Notes under the pieces: model-generated
Told to the model about the DNA's origin: nothing
The model's input: the letters and a program-made list of their open reading frames with translations, nothing else
The model's database searches: none
Program-made: the position numbers and the translations under genes
Shown here: positions 62,269 to 64,000 of the stretch, in pieces
Position numbering within the stretch: the first letter of the stretch is position 1
How the letters are laid out: each line of letters starts with the position of its first letter
Assembly: GCA_039028615.1 (NCBI GenBank)
Contig: JBCCHT010000058.1
Coordinates: 10,268-74,267 of the forward strand
Direction: 5' to 3'
DNA: 64,000 nucleotides
DNA from: Myxococcota bacterium
Lineage (GTDB): Bacteria > Myxococcota_A > Polyangia > Nannocystales > Nannocystaceae

Positions 62269-63585
62269 TCAGCGCCGCGACGTGCGACGACGGCGGCTGG
62301 CCACGAGTAGGCCGAAGAGCGCCGAGGCCCAGCCGAGATCGAACGGGTTGGGCTCCGTGCTCGAGCACGCGCAGCCCTGCACCGATGGATCACTGCCGAA
62401 GCCGGGCGGCAGGGCTCCGCCGTTGCCCCCGCTGAACCCGCCGCCGTCGTCCCCGAAACCATCGTCGTCCCAGCCGTCGTCCCCGGCCGAGCCACCATCG
62501 CCCGAGCCCTCGCCCTCGTCACCTCCGGCCGGCGGTGCGCCATCGACCGAGACTTCGATCGTCACCACCGGGCTCACGGTCGTCTTGCCCGCGTCGTCCG
62601 TCGCCTCGATGTACAGCTCGTGCACCCCTTGCGGCAGCCCCGACGCCCCCCACGGCCCAAAGGGCTCCGCCACCGATTCCGTCGAAAGCTCCCCGTCGAG
62701 ATAGAGCGCCACGTGGGTGACCCCGATGTCATCGTTCACATCGACCACGATGTCGAACGAGTCATCGACCCCGAAGATGTCGCCGTCGGCCGGGCTCACG
62801 ATGAGCGCGCTCGGGGCCTCGAGATCCGGTACCGCGGGACCGAACAGCCCCATGATGTACTGGAACGAGTTCTGCGTGTTGCCCCCGCACTCGCACGCTC
62901 GCGCGCTGTACTCCCCGCAGGGATAGTCCCCGTCCTGATACGTCTTGTCGCCGCAGCCCGACAGATAGGACATCGGATCCTCGCACTTGTACTCGTGCTC
63001 CAGCCCCCACGCATGCGCGGCCTCTTGGGCGATCACCTCCGCGATCGTCCGCGGGTGCCCGCCCAGCGACTCGGGAAACGTGAACGTGATCGACTTGTCG
63101 ATCACCCCACAGGTGAACGGCGCCACCCCGCCCGCGCCGCCCCAGCCCGCCGTATTGCCCGAGCCACACACGATCGCCTCGTCGTGCGGAGCCGGCGAGG
63201 GATCCACGTCGGTGATCGTCACATTGAACGGCGAGAAGATCTGCCGGGTATGCTCCATCACCTGCTCCCACGCCGTGTCCCCGTACGCGAAGGGAGGAAA
63301 GTTCACCGTGCCGTTCAGGATGCCCGAGCGATTCGCCACGTTATCGTCGGGCCACCCCGCCGTGATCGTCGTGCCGCCCTCGCAGCGATTGAGGTAGAGG
63401 ACATGAGGCTCGCCATCGGCCGTGGGGGTCGGACCGGCGGTGGTGTTGTCGGGGACCCAGACGTAGGTGCCGCGTGCCTGCGAGTCGAGCTGAGTCGAGG
63501 GCTCGGCGGCGGCGAGCGGGGGGACCAGGAGCACGGCCGCGGACACGACCGAGCCGACCAACCAACGCTGGGGGGATACCGACAT
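62269..63585 (-). CDS. Secreted metzincin-like protein with Ig-like domain and MYXO-CTERM signal
   Basis: QEAAHAWGLEH followed by DPMSY; Ig-like SPADG...; C-terminal GCAC, TM, RRRR. Confidence 0.85.
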   Translation of the reverse strand: MSVSPQRWLVGSVVSAAVLLVPPLAAAEPSTQLDSQARGTYVWVPDNTTAGPTPTADGEPHVLYLNRCEGGTTITAGWPDDNVANRSGILNGTVNFPPFAYGDTAWEQVMEHTRQIFSPFNVTITDVDPSPAPHDEAIVCGSGNTAGWGGAGGVAPFTCGVIDKSITFTFPESLGGHPRTIAEVIAQEAAHAWGLEHEYKCEDPMSYLSGCGDKTYQDGDYPCGEYSARACECGGNTQNSFQYIMGLFGPAVPDLEAPSALIVSPADGDIFGVDDSFDIVVDVNDDIGVTHVALYLDGELSTESVAEPFGPWGASGLPQGVHELYIEATDDAGKTTVSPVVTIEVSVDGAPPAGGDEGEGSGDGGSAGDDGWDDDGFGDDGGGFSGGNGGALPPGFGSDPSVQGCACSSTEPNPFDLGWASALFGLLVASRRRRTSRR

Positions 63586-63863
63586 GCTCGCAGTGTGGAG
63601 GGAAGGGACTGGTACTGTCGATGGAGATCGGGCTCACAATGGGTATTTGGGCACGATGCAAGGTCGATTGTGCATGTTGCCAAGTGGAGCTTGGGCAGGG
63701 TGCACAGTGGCACTATCGGTCGGTGATTCCGCGTCGCGAAGTGAACGTGGGGCGGCATGCTCTCGTTGCGGGATGAGGGAGTAGCGCTGGTGTGAGAGGG
63801 GCCTGGGTGCTTGTGCGAAGGGGGGGAGTGCTTCGCGTGGGGGCTGAGAATCTTCGAATGGGC

Positions 63864-64000
63864 GGCTCGCCTGTTGACGGCTGGAACCCTCCCCGGACGT
63901 GCTCGGCGGCCGTTGCAGCGGAGTGTTTCGCGAGGGGTGTCGGCGGCCGCCTCCGCGCGACCGGGCCCCCTCCATCCTACGCGGCTTCGCTTCAGCCCTC
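63864..64000 (-). repeat. Dispersed palindromic element, copy 2 (truncated by the window edge)
   Basis: Reverse complement aligns to 18817-18954. Confidence 0.9.

Overview
A high-GC chromosomal window. Its gene content points to a myxobacterium, probably Nannocystaceae-like (inference): many lipoproteins with Ser/Thr/Gly/Asp-rich stalks, two MYXO-CTERM proteins, Hanks kinases and ECF/sigma54 regulators. Housekeeping genes are a HelD-like helicase, ndh, hisH-hisA-hisF, hisIE, plsY, tesB and Sua5/tsaC, interspersed with secreted hydrolases and orphan lipoproteins. Five items stand out. (1) A lone ~1811-aa P-loop NTPase in compositionally atypical DNA (47966-53401, -), with a STAND/NLR-like motif order but about 730 aa of multi-pass membrane sequence between Walker A and Walker B; it is a candidate membrane-embedded defence sensor. 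(2) A ~138-bp rod-like palindromic element present twice (18817 and 63864, inverted), whose tail is expanded into a 74-bp tandem array at the first site. (3) A small secreted peptide with mirror-symmetric 12-Cys spacing and acidic/basic halves. (4) A HisH carrying a ~130-aa low-complexity insertion. (5) An ECF sigma factor divergent from a lipoprotein-TPR-Cys-rich-Ser/Thr kinase operon. I found no tRNA, rRNA, CRISPR array, integrase or transposase. All calls come from reading motifs by eye, and several start codons are estimates.
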